The position numbers were made by a program, and so were the translations under genes. Shown piece by piece: positions 30,569-40,468 of a DNA stretch of 64,000 bases (its first letter is position 1; each line of letters begins with the position of its first letter). Source of the stretch: Methanothrix sp. (GTDB lineage Archaea; Halobacteriota; Methanosarcinia; Methanotrichales; Methanotrichaceae). The DNA lies in NCBI GenBank assembly GCA_963682135.1, contig OY821645.1, positions 2,432,001-2,496,000 on the forward strand, in the 5' to 3' direction. The notes under the pieces were generated by a model. The model was not told the origin of the DNA and made no database searches. It saw only the letters and a list, made by a program, of their open reading frames with translations.

Positions 30569-32221
30569 TCAAATAGTCAGCCAATTGGTGAATGGCGCGA
30601 CCAGGGTTATAAGCAGGGATGTCAGCACCAACCAGGTGAGAATGGCCACTGTGGTCTTGGTGAATCTTTCTGCCTCTTTGGGCCGGACAATCTTCTCAAA
30701 GCCGGACTGCACCAGATCCCTGAAGATGTGTCCGCCATCCAATGGCACCGCGGGAAGGCAGTTGAACAGGCCGGCATAAAGGTTGATCCAGCCGATCCAG
30801 AGCAGGAGATTGGCAATCCAGAATAATTTGCCGCCCAGAGGCTCAGCCCATCCACTGGGTTCAAAGACGGCAGTCAGCCAGCCGCTAAAACCGGGAAAGC
30901 CCTTCTGGGTGAATCCCGGTATACCCGAAAAAGGCAGGCTGAGCATTAAGTGGAAACCCGTTATGCCCATGCTGGGTATATCCTTGAGTGTCTGCAAGAA
31001 TTGCCTGGCAGGAACCTCCTGAAAGAGTGCGCCTCCTGATAAAACCGCATTCCCGGAGATGCCGATGCCTATGAATCCACCGCTATCTTCCTTGGCCCCG
31101 GTCTCTTTCTTAGTCAAATTGACCTGGTAGGTATTCCCCTGGCCGGTTGTAATGGCGATGATTTGGCCGGGGTGAGTGGTGTTCATCAGCTTTCGAAAGC
31201 CCTCCAGATTTACGATCTTTATCCCGTCAATTTCTGTAATCAAGCTCTTGGAAGGAAGGCCGGAAGATTCGGCGGACGAGCCCTTGAAGGTAGATGCAAC
31301 CATGATGCCACGCATAGGCTCGCCGGAGAGTGGCAAGATCTCTTCTCTGTCGTCAAAAAACACATTTACGTTGTTCGTAGAACTGCCCAGATGGCTGTAA
31401 AGCTGCTCGAGATTGCTATCTTTGTTGCCATTTACATCCAATAGCACCATGCCACTCTCAAAACCAGCCTTATCTGCAGCTGAGCCATCCTGAACATCGA
31501 CTGCGATCAGCTTGTCCATGGGTGATATGGCACCGATAACCGGCCCGAAGAAGAGGGCCATAGCCACCGCTGCCACAATGAAATTGGAGATGACGCCCGC
31601 CGATAGGATCCTGATTCTTGCACCCTTGCTTACCTTTGCCGGTACATCTTTGCTGCCGAAGAGGTCCACATCATCCGGTTCCACAAAAGCTGCTATTGGG
31701 GCAAATAAAACGGCGACAATTCCCATAGACTTGACGCGCACGCCCTCGACACGGCTGAGTATGCCGTGCGCGAACTCGTGCACCACCATGGTCACAAAGA
31801 GCGCAATCCAGCCCCAAACGAAGGGTATGTACTCATTTAAGCCGGGAATGAGGAGAATGTTTCTCGGAGCATTATAGCTGCTGGGCATGGGCGGCTCCTG
31901 AATCATAAAATAGGTCATGGCCAGAACCAGTATCAAAAAATAGGTCATGCTCAAGACGACCAGTGGTATGCCGGCAGAGGCCACAATCCTCCAGAAACTC
32001 TTGGGACGGGCCAGATTGTCTAGAAGATTCAGGCCCCTGGTGGTACGCAAGAATATAGCGAGAGGAATGCCAAACAAGCTTCCTACTGAGATTCCCCGGC
32101 TTTTCCATTTTTCGCTATCTTTCAGAGGCAAGAGTAGAATGGAATACAGGCCGATCAGTGCCACAGCTATGAGCAGCCAATCAACGAATTCCAGCTGAAA
32201 CTGCAAGGACAAAAAATCCAA
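30569..32221 (-). CDS. Site-2 protease (M50) with PDZ domains
   Basis: HEFAH, AGVISN, NCLPAVPLDGGH. Confidence 0.93.
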   Translation of the reverse strand: MDFLSLQFQLEFVDWLLIAVALIGLYSILLLPLKDSEKWKSRGISVGSLFGIPLAIFLRTTRGLNLLDNLARPKSFWRIVASAGIPLVVLSMTYFLILVLAMTYFMIQEPPMPSSYNAPRNILLIPGLNEYIPFVWGWIALFVTMVVHEFAHGILSRVEGVRVKSMGIVAVLFAPIAAFVEPDDVDLFGSKDVPAKVSKGARIRILSAGVISNFIVAAVAMALFFGPVIGAISPMDKLIAVDVQDGSAADKAGFESGMVLLDVNGNKDSNLEQLYSHLGSSTNNVNVFFDDREEILPLSGEPMRGIMVASTFKGSSAESSGLPSKSLITEIDGIKIVNLEGFRKLMNTTHPGQIIAITTGQGNTYQVNLTKKETGAKEDSGGFIGIGISGNAVLSGGALFQEVPARQFLQTLKDIPSMGITGFHLMLSLPFSGIPGFTQKGFPGFSGWLTAVFEPSGWAEPLGGKLFWIANLLLWIGWINLYAGLFNCLPAVPLDGGHIFRDLVQSGFEKIVRPKEAERFTKTTVAILTWLVLTSLLITLVAPFTNWLTI

Positions 32222-32224
32222 TCC

Positions 32225-32767
32225 TCAGAGTAAGCCTTGCTCCCTCAGTTCTCCCTTGGCCAGCTCTTGATGTTTCTTCTCCAGGAAGCTATAGACATTC
32301 CCATGCGGAGCACCATCAAGCAGCATCTCAATGGCTGTACGCGCCACTCGCATCTGCTCCGGATTGCCCAATATGGCTACTGTCTTGCCGTAAACAGATA
32401 CCTTGGCGCCGGAGAGCCTCTCCATGATCTCGCGCGACCGTCCGTCTTTGCCGATGATGCGGCCCTTGATGCGTTCCATATCGCTCTTGGTGCCTGCCAT
32501 CTTGGATAGGTCCATCACATCGAGCATCAACATCTCGTCATCAAGAATGGACAGAGCTCTCTCCGGTGAGAAGCCCCTTCCGATAGCCTTTACCAGGTCT
32601 AATACTCGCAGGCCCTGCAATGGGTCCTCTGCCGATGCAATGGAGACCGCACCGGTCTCGCTGTCTATCTCAAGGGTGGTCTTGGTCTTCTCTTCGATAA
32701 AGCGTTTCATGGACCCGCCCGGTCCCACCAGCACACCTACGCGCTCCTCTGGAATCTTGATATCCAA
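32225..32767 (-). CDS. KH-domain rRNA processing protein (Dim2/Pno1)
   Basis: GVLVGPGG, AIGRGFSPE, KGRIIGKDG, GAPHGNVY. Confidence 0.92.
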   Translation of the reverse strand: MDIKIPEERVGVLVGPGGSMKRFIEEKTKTTLEIDSETGAVSIASAEDPLQGLRVLDLVKAIGRGFSPERALSILDDEMLMLDVMDLSKMAGTKSDMERIKGRIIGKDGRSREIMERLSGAKVSVYGKTVAILGNPEQMRVARTAIEMLLDGAPHGNVYSFLEKKHQELAKGELREQGLL

Positions 32768-32772
32768 TTTAA

Positions 32773-33579
32773 TCAGCCTTCTTTTTTGTTTATCTCTTCG
32801 ATCTCTTCTTTGTCTTTGCGTAGCTTCTCCCAGATCTCTTCTGGAGAGCCCACATCATATTTTTTCTTAAAATAGTGGGCCACGTTGGCTATATCGCGCT
32901 CCAGAAATCTTCTGGCCATGGGATGGTCCAGCGTGACAGACTGCCCCATATCTATTATCACAGGATCGCCTTCGTCATAGAGTATATTAAACTCGCTCAG
33001 ATCGGCATGAACGAGCTGTGCGCGATTATAGAGCACAGAGATATATTCCACGATTTTATCAAAAATCCGCTTGGCGTCCTCCGTCTCCAGTTCCACGTCT
33101 TTTAGCTGGGGAGCAACATTCTCGCCTTTGCCTATAAGATCCATAACCAGTATGTTTTCTCTCATGGCTATGGGATGAGGTACGGCTATACCTACCTCCT
33201 GCGCACGTGTCAGATTTCGAAATTCCTTTCTGGTCCAGGCAGCGACGATAGATCTCTTTGTGCCCTTTACATTTCCAAATCTCGGATCGCCATGCAAGTA
33301 ATCCTGCATTACATTGAAATTACTGGTAGAGATGCGATAAATCTTCAGGGCCAGCTCTTTTTCGCCCACGATGGCCCTAAAAATGTTGGCTTCTTTGCCG
33401 GTGCAGATGGACCCACCCAGAGCATCAATTACGCCCTTGCTGGCCAAGCTGTAAAGGTCCATAAGAGTGCGCTTATCGAACACCGCATCCTGGACGTTTA
33501 AATCATCGGAGTCCTTAATCCTGGTACGAATAACATCGATCTTGGTATCGAAATCTTCGTCCTTGGTACGCCTGCTCAT
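32773..33579 (-). CDS. rio1: Rio1 serine kinase
   Basis: TGKEANIF, KIYRIST, LVHADLSEFNIL, IDMGQSV. Confidence 0.94.
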   Translation of the reverse strand: MSRRTKDEDFDTKIDVIRTRIKDSDDLNVQDAVFDKRTLMDLYSLASKGVIDALGGSICTGKEANIFRAIVGEKELALKIYRISTSNFNVMQDYLHGDPRFGNVKGTKRSIVAAWTRKEFRNLTRAQEVGIAVPHPIAMRENILVMDLIGKGENVAPQLKDVELETEDAKRIFDKIVEYISVLYNRAQLVHADLSEFNILYDEGDPVIIDMGQSVTLDHPMARRFLERDIANVAHYFKKKYDVGSPEEIWEKLRKDKEEIEEINKKEG

Positions 33580-33604
33580 AATGTGCCTTTCAAGAAGATT
33601 CCCA

Positions 33605-33928
33605 TCAAGAGGTTCCTTTCAGGAATCCCTTACGTTGCAGCCAGTCCACCTGGGGACCGGTGTATCTCCAGACTACATCGGCTTTTTCATTCTCGATTTC
33701 CCAGGGAATGACAATGACCACATCACCCTGTCTGATCCAGATTCTCTTCTTCATCTTGCCAGGTATGCGGCCCATCCTGGTAACGCCATCGATGCATCTC
33801 ACTTTAATGCGATTAGCTCCAAGCAGACTTTCCACATGACCGAATATTTCTCGATCCTGTTTGCGGGGGAGACGGACCCTGGTAATTACAGCTCCTTCTT
33901 CTTCCCTGCCACGACCTCTATTATACAG
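33605..33928 (-). CDS. eif1a: Translation initiation factor aIF-1A (probable CTG start)
   Basis: [40 protein letters not shown]; the frame is open to CTG 33928, with GAGGTGA 4 nt upstream. Confidence 0.93.
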   Translation of the reverse strand: MYNRGRGREEEGAVITRVRLPRKQDREIFGHVESLLGANRIKVRCIDGVTRMGRIPGKMKKRIWIRQGDVVIVIPWEIENEKADVVWRYTGPQVDWLQRKGFLKGTS

Positions 33929-34071
33929 CTTATCACCTCAAATAATAATTATGGACCTAATATTCATGGAATCTTCGGGGCCGCTTGCCCCGAGTAGCCA
34001 AAGTATTTCTTTCGCCCTTGCGCTAAAAACTACGCTTAAATAGTTAAAGCTTGTGTCGGCCAAAATACAAA

Positions 34072-34145
34072 TGGGCCCGACGCGATTCGAACGCGTGATC
34101 CCCGCCGTGTGAAGGCGATGTCATAACCAGCTAGACCACAGGCCC
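34072..34145 (-). tRNA. tRNA-Val(CAC)
   Basis: Reverse complement GGGCCTGTGGTCTAGCTGG..TCGCC-TTCACAC-GGCGG..GTTCGAATC..GGGCCCA. Confidence 0.92.
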
Positions 34146-34267
34146 TGAAGGTATGCAAGTAAGTCATCAGCTATTTGTATCTTGCCCTTGGGAAGAGAAT
34201 GGCAAATTCATATTTGTCCTGAGCAAAGGAATTATTTAAATAGTAATTCGCGAAGCTAATTAAACGA

Positions 34268-35053
34268 ATGAGTTTCATCTTGAGAAACCCTGCCTACATC
34301 TTTTATGAGCGGCTCTTAAAGTCACGCATTCTTGCCGGAGTTCCGGTGGAGCATGTGGCCATTATCCAGGATGGAAACCGCAGATATGCCCAGCAAAAAG
34401 GCCTTTCTCGATTCCTGGGGCACAGTCTTGGAGCCGACACCTCGGAGAAGGTCTCGGATTGGTGCCTGGAGGTCGGCATCAAACATCTCACTCTTTATGC
34501 TTTTTCTACTGAGAACTTCAATAGGGATGATACAGAGAAGCGCTATCTCTTTGATCTGATCAAAAACAAGTTTATGGAGCTGTGCAACTCCAAAAAGATT
34601 CATGCCAATGGTGTTCGGGTGAGGGCCATAGGCAGAGTGGAGATGCTGCCGCAAGACCTGCAAGAACAGATCAGTCGCACAGAGGAGGCCACGCGAAAAT
34701 ATGCGACCATGTACCTGAACGTGGCCCTGGCTTACGGCGGACAGCGCGAACTGGTTGACGCGGCGCGATCCCTGGCGCGCCAGGTTTCCGAGGGAATGAT
34801 AAGGGCGGCAGAGGTAGATGAGAATCTGATCGCCCAACATCTCTATCCGCAAGATGGAACCTCCGTGCCAAAAGTGGATCTGATTATCAGGACGGGCGGG
34901 GACTGTCGCACCTCCAACTTCCTGCCCTGGCAGGCTAACGGCAATGAGTGCGCCGCATACTTTTGCGCGCCCTACTGGCCGGAGTTTAGGAAGATAGACT
35001 TTCTGCGAGCCATTCGTACCGCCCAAACCCGGGGATCTGGCCAACAAGCTTAA
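34268..35053 (+). CDS. uppS: cis-prenyltransferase (UppS family)
   Basis: HVAIIQDGNRR, YAFSTENF, YGGQRE, IRTGG..RTSNFLPWQ. Confidence 0.95.
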   Translation: MSFILRNPAYIFYERLLKSRILAGVPVEHVAIIQDGNRRYAQQKGLSRFLGHSLGADTSEKVSDWCLEVGIKHLTLYAFSTENFNRDDTEKRYLFDLIKNKFMELCNSKKIHANGVRVRAIGRVEMLPQDLQEQISRTEEATRKYATMYLNVALAYGGQRELVDAARSLARQVSEGMIRAAEVDENLIAQHLYPQDGTSVPKVDLIIRTGGDCRTSNFLPWQANGNECAAYFCAPYWPEFRKIDFLRAIRTAQTRGSGQQA

Positions 35054-35083
35054 TTACCTGAAGCATGCCATGAGGGATGTTTT

Positions 35084-35172
35084 GTCCCGATGGGGTAGTG
35101 GACATCCCGGAGGCCTGCGGAGCCAAAAAGCGCAGAGAGCCTTCAACCCGGGTTCGAATCCCGGTCGGGACG
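35084..35172 (+). tRNA. tRNA-Arg(GCG) with 17-nt intron (35121-35137)
   Basis: Acceptor GTCCCGA/TCGGGAC; GAGGC-CTGCGG[intron]A-GCCTT; bulge-helix-bulge central helix TGCG/CGCA. Confidence 0.9.
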
Positions 35173-35292
35173 TTAGGTTGCTGGTAATGGAAACGCGGTT
35201 TTTTCATCTAAATCGCATCATACCAGTCAACTGCAACGACTCAAGAAGAGCTAGGTTTCACGAGGGTCATCGCTTTTATTACATCTGGAGTG

Positions 35293-35993
35293 CGGAGGGT
35301 CACGAATACCCCAACCTTCAGGTTGGGGATGAAGTGAACCCTCGCCGTTTTTTGCGTTAATTCATATCGATCAACCGTTGCTTCTTTTAAAATGAAATCG
35401 TATTTGGCACTTTAGCCACAGGTGGTGCCACCCACCTATGGCTAGGATGTGATAAGCGTTGGAATTGCGCAGTTTTAGCCATGGCTATGGTCAAATTACC
35501 TACCACATCGTACTGGTGCCAAAGTATCGATACAAGATATTCTATGATAAGCGAGTTAAAAAGGATTGCGAGCTAATTCTCATCAATATTTGCATGGAGC
35601 AAGGCTATAAAATTCATGCAATGGAAATTGTAGACGATCATGTTCACTTGTTTCTGGAATTCCACCCGAGCTCTTCTCTATCAAGAGTCGTTCAATTTTT
35701 GAAAGGAGGTAGTTCATATAGAATGTTCAAGCTTCATCCCGAATTGAAAAAAAGATATTGGGGCGGAAGCTTGTGGTCAAGTGGCAAATTCTTTCGATCC
35801 GTCGGAAATGTGACTGCTGACACAATAAAGCACTATATTAAGGAATCTCAGGGGAAAACAAAAGCAGAATCGCAATTTTGCAGATCAAAGGAATCTGGGC
35901 AAAGAAGGCTCGATGATTTCTGATCTCCAGCTAACTGGGCGTGCGTGCGGCCCGAAGCATACCCCATCCCTTTAGGGTGGGGTGGCCGCACGC
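35293..35993 (+). mobile_element. IS200/IS605-family element carrying tnpA only
   Basis: Subterminal hairpins ACCCCAACC-TTCA-GGTTGGGG (~35308-35328) and TGCGTGCGGCC..ACCCCATCCC-TTTA-GGGTGGGGT..GGCCGCACGCA (~35942-35993) flank tnpA; exact ends uncertain. Confidence 0.75.
35459..35923 (+). CDS. tnpA: Y1 (HUH) transposase TnpA
   Basis: YHIVLVPKYR, DHVHL HUH motif, LKGGSS, LWSSGKF, IKHYIKESQ. Confidence 0.95.
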   Translation: MELRSFSHGYGQITYHIVLVPKYRYKIFYDKRVKKDCELILINICMEQGYKIHAMEIVDDHVHLFLEFHPSSSLSRVVQFLKGGSSYRMFKLHPELKKRYWGGSLWSSGKFFRSVGNVTADTIKHYIKESQGKTKAESQFCRSKESGQRRLDDF

Positions 35994-36226
35994 AGTTTGA
36001 TTTTACCTAGGGCGTGCAATCAGCTCGGGCAAGCAACATCCTTCCCATTAGTGAATATTTGTCGCATCCCAACATGTCCATATAGGCAGCAATTTTGAGG
36101 ATTCGCTTCGGTCTCTTCTTGACCACATCACGGTTATATCACGACTTAAGATGCGGTGTAGTCCATCGCGTACCATCTAATGAGTTGGAAATCCTAATAA
36201 TCTCTGCAACGAGCTCAGTTCCTCTC

Positions 36227-37732
36227 CTATTCATCCACCGTAAAATACTCCGTCAGGATCTGACGATCATTTCGGGTAACATCTACATGAAATTCGTCAG
36301 ACGGAAGTTCCAGGTCCCACGTATCTCCATACAAGGTGCGGGTGTCTATGGAACACCAGATATTGTAGGATGGCCAATAACCTCCGCTTGGATTGGGGGG
36401 TATATCAATGGGGCCAACTCTATACGAGCTGCCATCTGGAGAATACCAGTACCAATAGAATGAAGCAGGTCCTGCATTGGCGAGGCTCACCCAGGAGTAG
36501 ACCTTGCTGTCGGTACTAAGGAAGAATCTGTCCGTTCTTGTGATCGGGCTGCGGGTGGCCTCGTCAATGTTGCTGGCCGTGCTATGATCAAGAATGCTGG
36601 TGCTGGATGTCTGTTCCTCATAACCGTTTTCGAGAGTAAATTGTTCCGTCAATTGCGTTACATAGGTAGGACCGATCAGGTAGACATTTACCTTCCAGTT
36701 TCCTGACAGGTAAGGCTCATCTGGTATATCTGCAATATCGATATAATACCAGATATTGTAAGTGGGCCAATGATCACCGTTGGGATTGGTAGGAATATCC
36801 GCAGAACCTGTCTTGTATAGGTTGCCATCCGGTGAATACCAATACCATTCTACTCTGCCGGGGGCAATATTTGCGAGGCTCACCCAGGAGTAAGCCTTAC
36901 TGTCGGCAGTGGTGAAATTGTAGGTTCTTGTGATCGGAATATGATTGGATTCGTCAACACTGCTTGCCATGCAGTGATCAAGAATGTGGGTGACAGGTGT
37001 GGCACTTGGGCTGCTGGTGGTCGTGTTGATCAAAGAGTGCATCCGTGTTGCCGTAGTCTCGGCCACCTCAGACTCTTCGCTGCCCAGGGCCTTTAGAGCA
37101 TCAGCTTTGCCGTTCCAGGCCTGCCAGATGTCGGCATTGTAGGGATCCAACCTGATAGCCTCATCGTAAGCGGTAATGGCCTCATCGTACTTGCCTTGAT
37201 TGTAGAGCTCAAGGCCTTCATTGATGCTCGTGGTTAAGTTTGTGCCAGGTGTAGCAATCGGACGGCCATTTAGTGTAATGGTCGCAGGCCTCCAGGTAGA
37301 GCCGCCAAATCCCAGCTCCTTTGCCCTGGTATAGGCCGCATCGGACTCGTTAGTTCGACCAAGTGCCTTTAGAGCATCGCCTTTGTAAGCCCAGGGGATG
37401 GCATTATTTGGCCATAGCTCTATGGCTTTATCATATGCTAAAATGGCCTGGTCGTATTTGCCCAGGCCATAGAGTGCATCGCCTTTGCCATTCCAGGCCT
37501 GCCAGGTCTGGGTACTGTTGGGATCTAGCTTGATCGCTGCATCGTAAGCGTTGATGGCCTCGTTGTATTTGCACTGATTGTAGAAATCGAGCGCTGTGTT
37601 AAGGGCCTTGTTGTATTGGGCTGAATTATCAAGATCAAAGCCGCTGAGGGTCCAGGTATTAGCAGTTGGCTGACATTGTGTGGGTACCATCAATACCAGC
37701 ATGAGAATAAAAACTATGCAGATCCCTCTCAT
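36227..37732 (-). CDS. Secreted TPR protein with two duplicated C-terminal beta-rich domains
   Basis: Signal peptide, TPR repeats (YDEAI.AYD.AI.LDP, WNGKG.AL), two copies of ILDH..PITRT..DSK.YSWVSLAN..WYWYSPDG..YNIW. Confidence 0.85.
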   Translation of the reverse strand: MRGICIVFILMLVLMVPTQCQPTANTWTLSGFDLDNSAQYNKALNTALDFYNQCKYNEAINAYDAAIKLDPNSTQTWQAWNGKGDALYGLGKYDQAILAYDKAIELWPNNAIPWAYKGDALKALGRTNESDAAYTRAKELGFGGSTWRPATITLNGRPIATPGTNLTTSINEGLELYNQGKYDEAITAYDEAIRLDPYNADIWQAWNGKADALKALGSEESEVAETTATRMHSLINTTTSSPSATPVTHILDHCMASSVDESNHIPITRTYNFTTADSKAYSWVSLANIAPGRVEWYWYSPDGNLYKTGSADIPTNPNGDHWPTYNIWYYIDIADIPDEPYLSGNWKVNVYLIGPTYVTQLTEQFTLENGYEEQTSSTSILDHSTASNIDEATRSPITRTDRFFLSTDSKVYSWVSLANAGPASFYWYWYSPDGSSYRVGPIDIPPNPSGGYWPSYNIWCSIDTRTLYGDTWDLELPSDEFHVDVTRNDRQILTEYFTVDE

Positions 37733-37886
37733 AGGAACGAAGAAGTGTCTAGAGTAGATAATATTTTCGATGACGATGTAGATGAAAGAACTGAATTGGC
37801 ATACCGAAAGACCTAATTACCTTAGTAGCGAAATAAAAGACATCCGTAGCTGCAAATCGCAGCGAAATTTAGTGTGATGGAGCGAG

Positions 37887-38621
37887 ATGGTTTTGGCATT
37901 ACAAAGCAGCAAATTTCCCAGGTCCAAGTCAGGCGTACCTGGATATGACGAACTGGTTGATGGCGGTTTTCACAAAGGGACAGTAAACACCGTCACCGGG
38001 TCTTCCGGTACGGGCAAGACCGTCTTTGCCTGCCAGTTTATAAATTACGGCATTAAGATGGGTGAGAAGGGAATGATCATCACTCCTTCCGAGAGTGCAG
38101 AGTACCTGAAGCGAGAGATGATGTCCTCTTTTGGCTGGGATTTCACTAAACTGGAAAACGATGGAAAACTGGCTATTGTCGATGTAACCGATCCGGTTTT
38201 GCGCCTGCAAAAGAGCATCGATGTCGATCCGGTGGATTTTCTTATAAACTTCAGAAAGCTGGTAGAGAGAAAGCTGGAGGAGGTAAAGCCCGACCGGCTT
38301 TTCATCGACGATCTCACTGCCTTCTTTATGGCTGTGGAGGCCCCATTCAAGGTTCGCTCTCTGACCGATGATCTCTTCGGCACCATTCGAGCCAGCGGCG
38401 TCACATCCCTGGTGACTATCGGCACGGCTTTTGGTACCAACCAGTTCCTGGAGTACGGAGCCGACTCGGCCACTATGCTCAGCCGTGAGCGCATCGGCAA
38501 TACATTAATCAGGTCGATATATATTATGAAGATGCGCGGCTCGAAGATTGCCAATAGCATCAGGGTCTTGGACATCACCGACGAGGGAATCGCTGTATCC
38601 TCGCTCTCGCCTTATTCCTGA
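37887..38621 (+). CDS. KaiC-like/RAD55 ATPase (single domain)
   Basis: SGVPGYDELVDGG, GSSGTGKT, FIDD, MKMRGS. Confidence 0.88.
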   Translation: MVLALQSSKFPRSKSGVPGYDELVDGGFHKGTVNTVTGSSGTGKTVFACQFINYGIKMGEKGMIITPSESAEYLKREMMSSFGWDFTKLENDGKLAIVDVTDPVLRLQKSIDVDPVDFLINFRKLVERKLEEVKPDRLFIDDLTAFFMAVEAPFKVRSLTDDLFGTIRASGVTSLVTIGTAFGTNQFLEYGADSATMLSRERIGNTLIRSIYIMKMRGSKIANSIRVLDITDEGIAVSSLSPYS

Positions 38622-38665
38622 TCGGATGAGTAGGTGAAGATCGGGAAATCAGAAGGTGCAAAAAA

Positions 38666-40450
38666 ATGATAGAAAGATGGATCGTCCTGGCGGCAGAGGA
38701 AGCAGGTCCCGTCTCGAATAAGATGGGCGGCATCTGGAATGTGGTGGATGCAGAGGCTACAATGCTGGCCCGGCTCGTAGCACAAGGCGATATTGAAAGC
38801 GGCCTGCATATTCTGGTGGCAGGTCCCAACTATGTTACCTCCGGTTCAGACTGGAATACAGGCAGAAACCGGGTCACAGATCTCACTGGATTCGAGAAAC
38901 TGGAGATGGGGCCGCAGCTAAGGGACGTTCTGGCAGCACTGAATGCGTCCGGCATTGAGACCGTCACCGGGCAAAGAATAGTAGAAGGCGTTCCTGTCGG
39001 CTATGTGCTCTTTAATACCAATTATTATCAGTCCCATATGGTGCGCTGGAATAATCTGGAGATGACACAGAATAACGCCATCAAGACCGAGGCATTTGAT
39101 TTGGTGGGCCTTGATTCCATGAACTTTGAGAGAGCTCACTATGGCTCGGAGTACAACCACTACCTAAATCTCTCCTATGCCGTATCTGAGCTGGTTAGGG
39201 GTCTGGCCCGCGCACCGGAAGAGATGGCGCAAAAGTACACTGACAGGGCAGTCTCGGAATTTGCCAAGTCGGTAATGCCCAAAGTTAGAGTTTGCATGCA
39301 CTGCCATGAGTTTGGAGTCTTCTATGCGGCAGCCAGGCTCAAGAAATTGGGAGTTCCTGTTAGAATGGTCTGCACATTGCACGCTACCGTTCCCGGTCGC
39401 ACGGCAGGCTATAAGTCTCTGCAAAAGATCGCCCAAAGCGACTCAAAGATGGAGCCGGGCACACCCCTCGGCTTTGCTACCTTAGAGGCTCTGGCACGCT
39501 ATGCCGATGCCGTTACATTCGTGGGCGATTCGACCATGAAAGAAGCCATGCTCTTTTACCGCTTGAAGGGCATTGTCATCAGAAATGGAATTGACGTTGA
39601 GACACAGGAGATCGACTGGGATAAGAAAGAACGCTGTCGTGCCAGGATTCAGCAATTTTTAACTGAAAACCTCTACAAATACTGCGATGGTAAATGCGTA
39701 AAATCCGAGAACTTAATTCCGGTCTTCACCATCTCCCGCATAGAGATCGAGAATAAAGGGTACATTCATCTTCTTGATGCCCTGGTGCTTCAAGACCACC
39801 TGCTCAAGCATAGATTGACCGGTCAGCGTCATGCCGAGGAGACCAGGGTGGTATGCTTCCTTATAGCCTCGCACGGTCCCAAAGATAAGGAGAAACTGCC
39901 TGATGGATTTCCCATTAACCTCACGCCGGAGGTTTTAGTGGGTGAGGAGATTCGCCTGGAGAATATGATCAAGGAGCGCGGCCTGGATGAATCCGAGCTG
40001 ATCTCCGGCAAACGAATGGTCGCAGCATTGCTCTATCCTCAGTGGGTGGGACCGGATGACGGCGGCCTGGGAATGAGCGTGGATGAGATCATGGCCGGCT
40101 GCGTTGCCGGGATATTTCCCTCTCAATATGAGCCCTTTCTTCTCACCGCCCTGGAAGCAGGCCGGGAAGGCACACCCAATATCGTCAGTCGGGCGGCAGG
40201 ATACAGCGATGCTCTAAAGAAGATCAAACGTCGCGTGCCGGGCCTGGGGGGCGTGGTAATTGTGGACAACATTGAGGCGCAGCGCCAGGAGACCGTACTG
40301 GATTATGCCCTGGCTCTGGACTACTTCACCTGGACCTATCTGGATGATGAGGTCAAATACCGGCTGCTCTGCGAAGAGTCATTCTCTTTGGCTAGGCAGT
40401 TTAGCTGGAAGGAGCCGGTACTGGAGTATTACAAGAATCTGGTAGCTTAG
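38666..40450 (+). CDS. Glycogen synthase-like glycosyltransferase (GT3-like)
   Basis: NKMGGIWNV, HCHEF, TLHATVPGR, SRIEIENKG, FPSQYEPF. Confidence 0.75.
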   Translation: MIERWIVLAAEEAGPVSNKMGGIWNVVDAEATMLARLVAQGDIESGLHILVAGPNYVTSGSDWNTGRNRVTDLTGFEKLEMGPQLRDVLAALNASGIETVTGQRIVEGVPVGYVLFNTNYYQSHMVRWNNLEMTQNNAIKTEAFDLVGLDSMNFERAHYGSEYNHYLNLSYAVSELVRGLARAPEEMAQKYTDRAVSEFAKSVMPKVRVCMHCHEFGVFYAAARLKKLGVPVRMVCTLHATVPGRTAGYKSLQKIAQSDSKMEPGTPLGFATLEALARYADAVTFVGDSTMKEAMLFYRLKGIVIRNGIDVETQEIDWDKKERCRARIQQFLTENLYKYCDGKCVKSENLIPVFTISRIEIENKGYIHLLDALVLQDHLLKHRLTGQRHAEETRVVCFLIASHGPKDKEKLPDGFPINLTPEVLVGEEIRLENMIKERGLDESELISGKRMVAALLYPQWVGPDDGGLGMSVDEIMAGCVAGIFPSQYEPFLLTALEAGREGTPNIVSRAAGYSDALKKIKRRVPGLGGVVIVDNIEAQRQETVLDYALALDYFTWTYLDDEVKYRLLCEESFSLARQFSWKEPVLEYYKNLVA

Positions 40451-40468
40451 CCTGGATGTGAGAAAATA

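Noticed and set aside
36000-36225. Possible omega-RNA or tnpB remnant after tnpA
   Set aside because: No recognisable RuvC or Zn-finger coding remnant and no structure I could confirm by eye; it would need an Infernal or BLASTX search.
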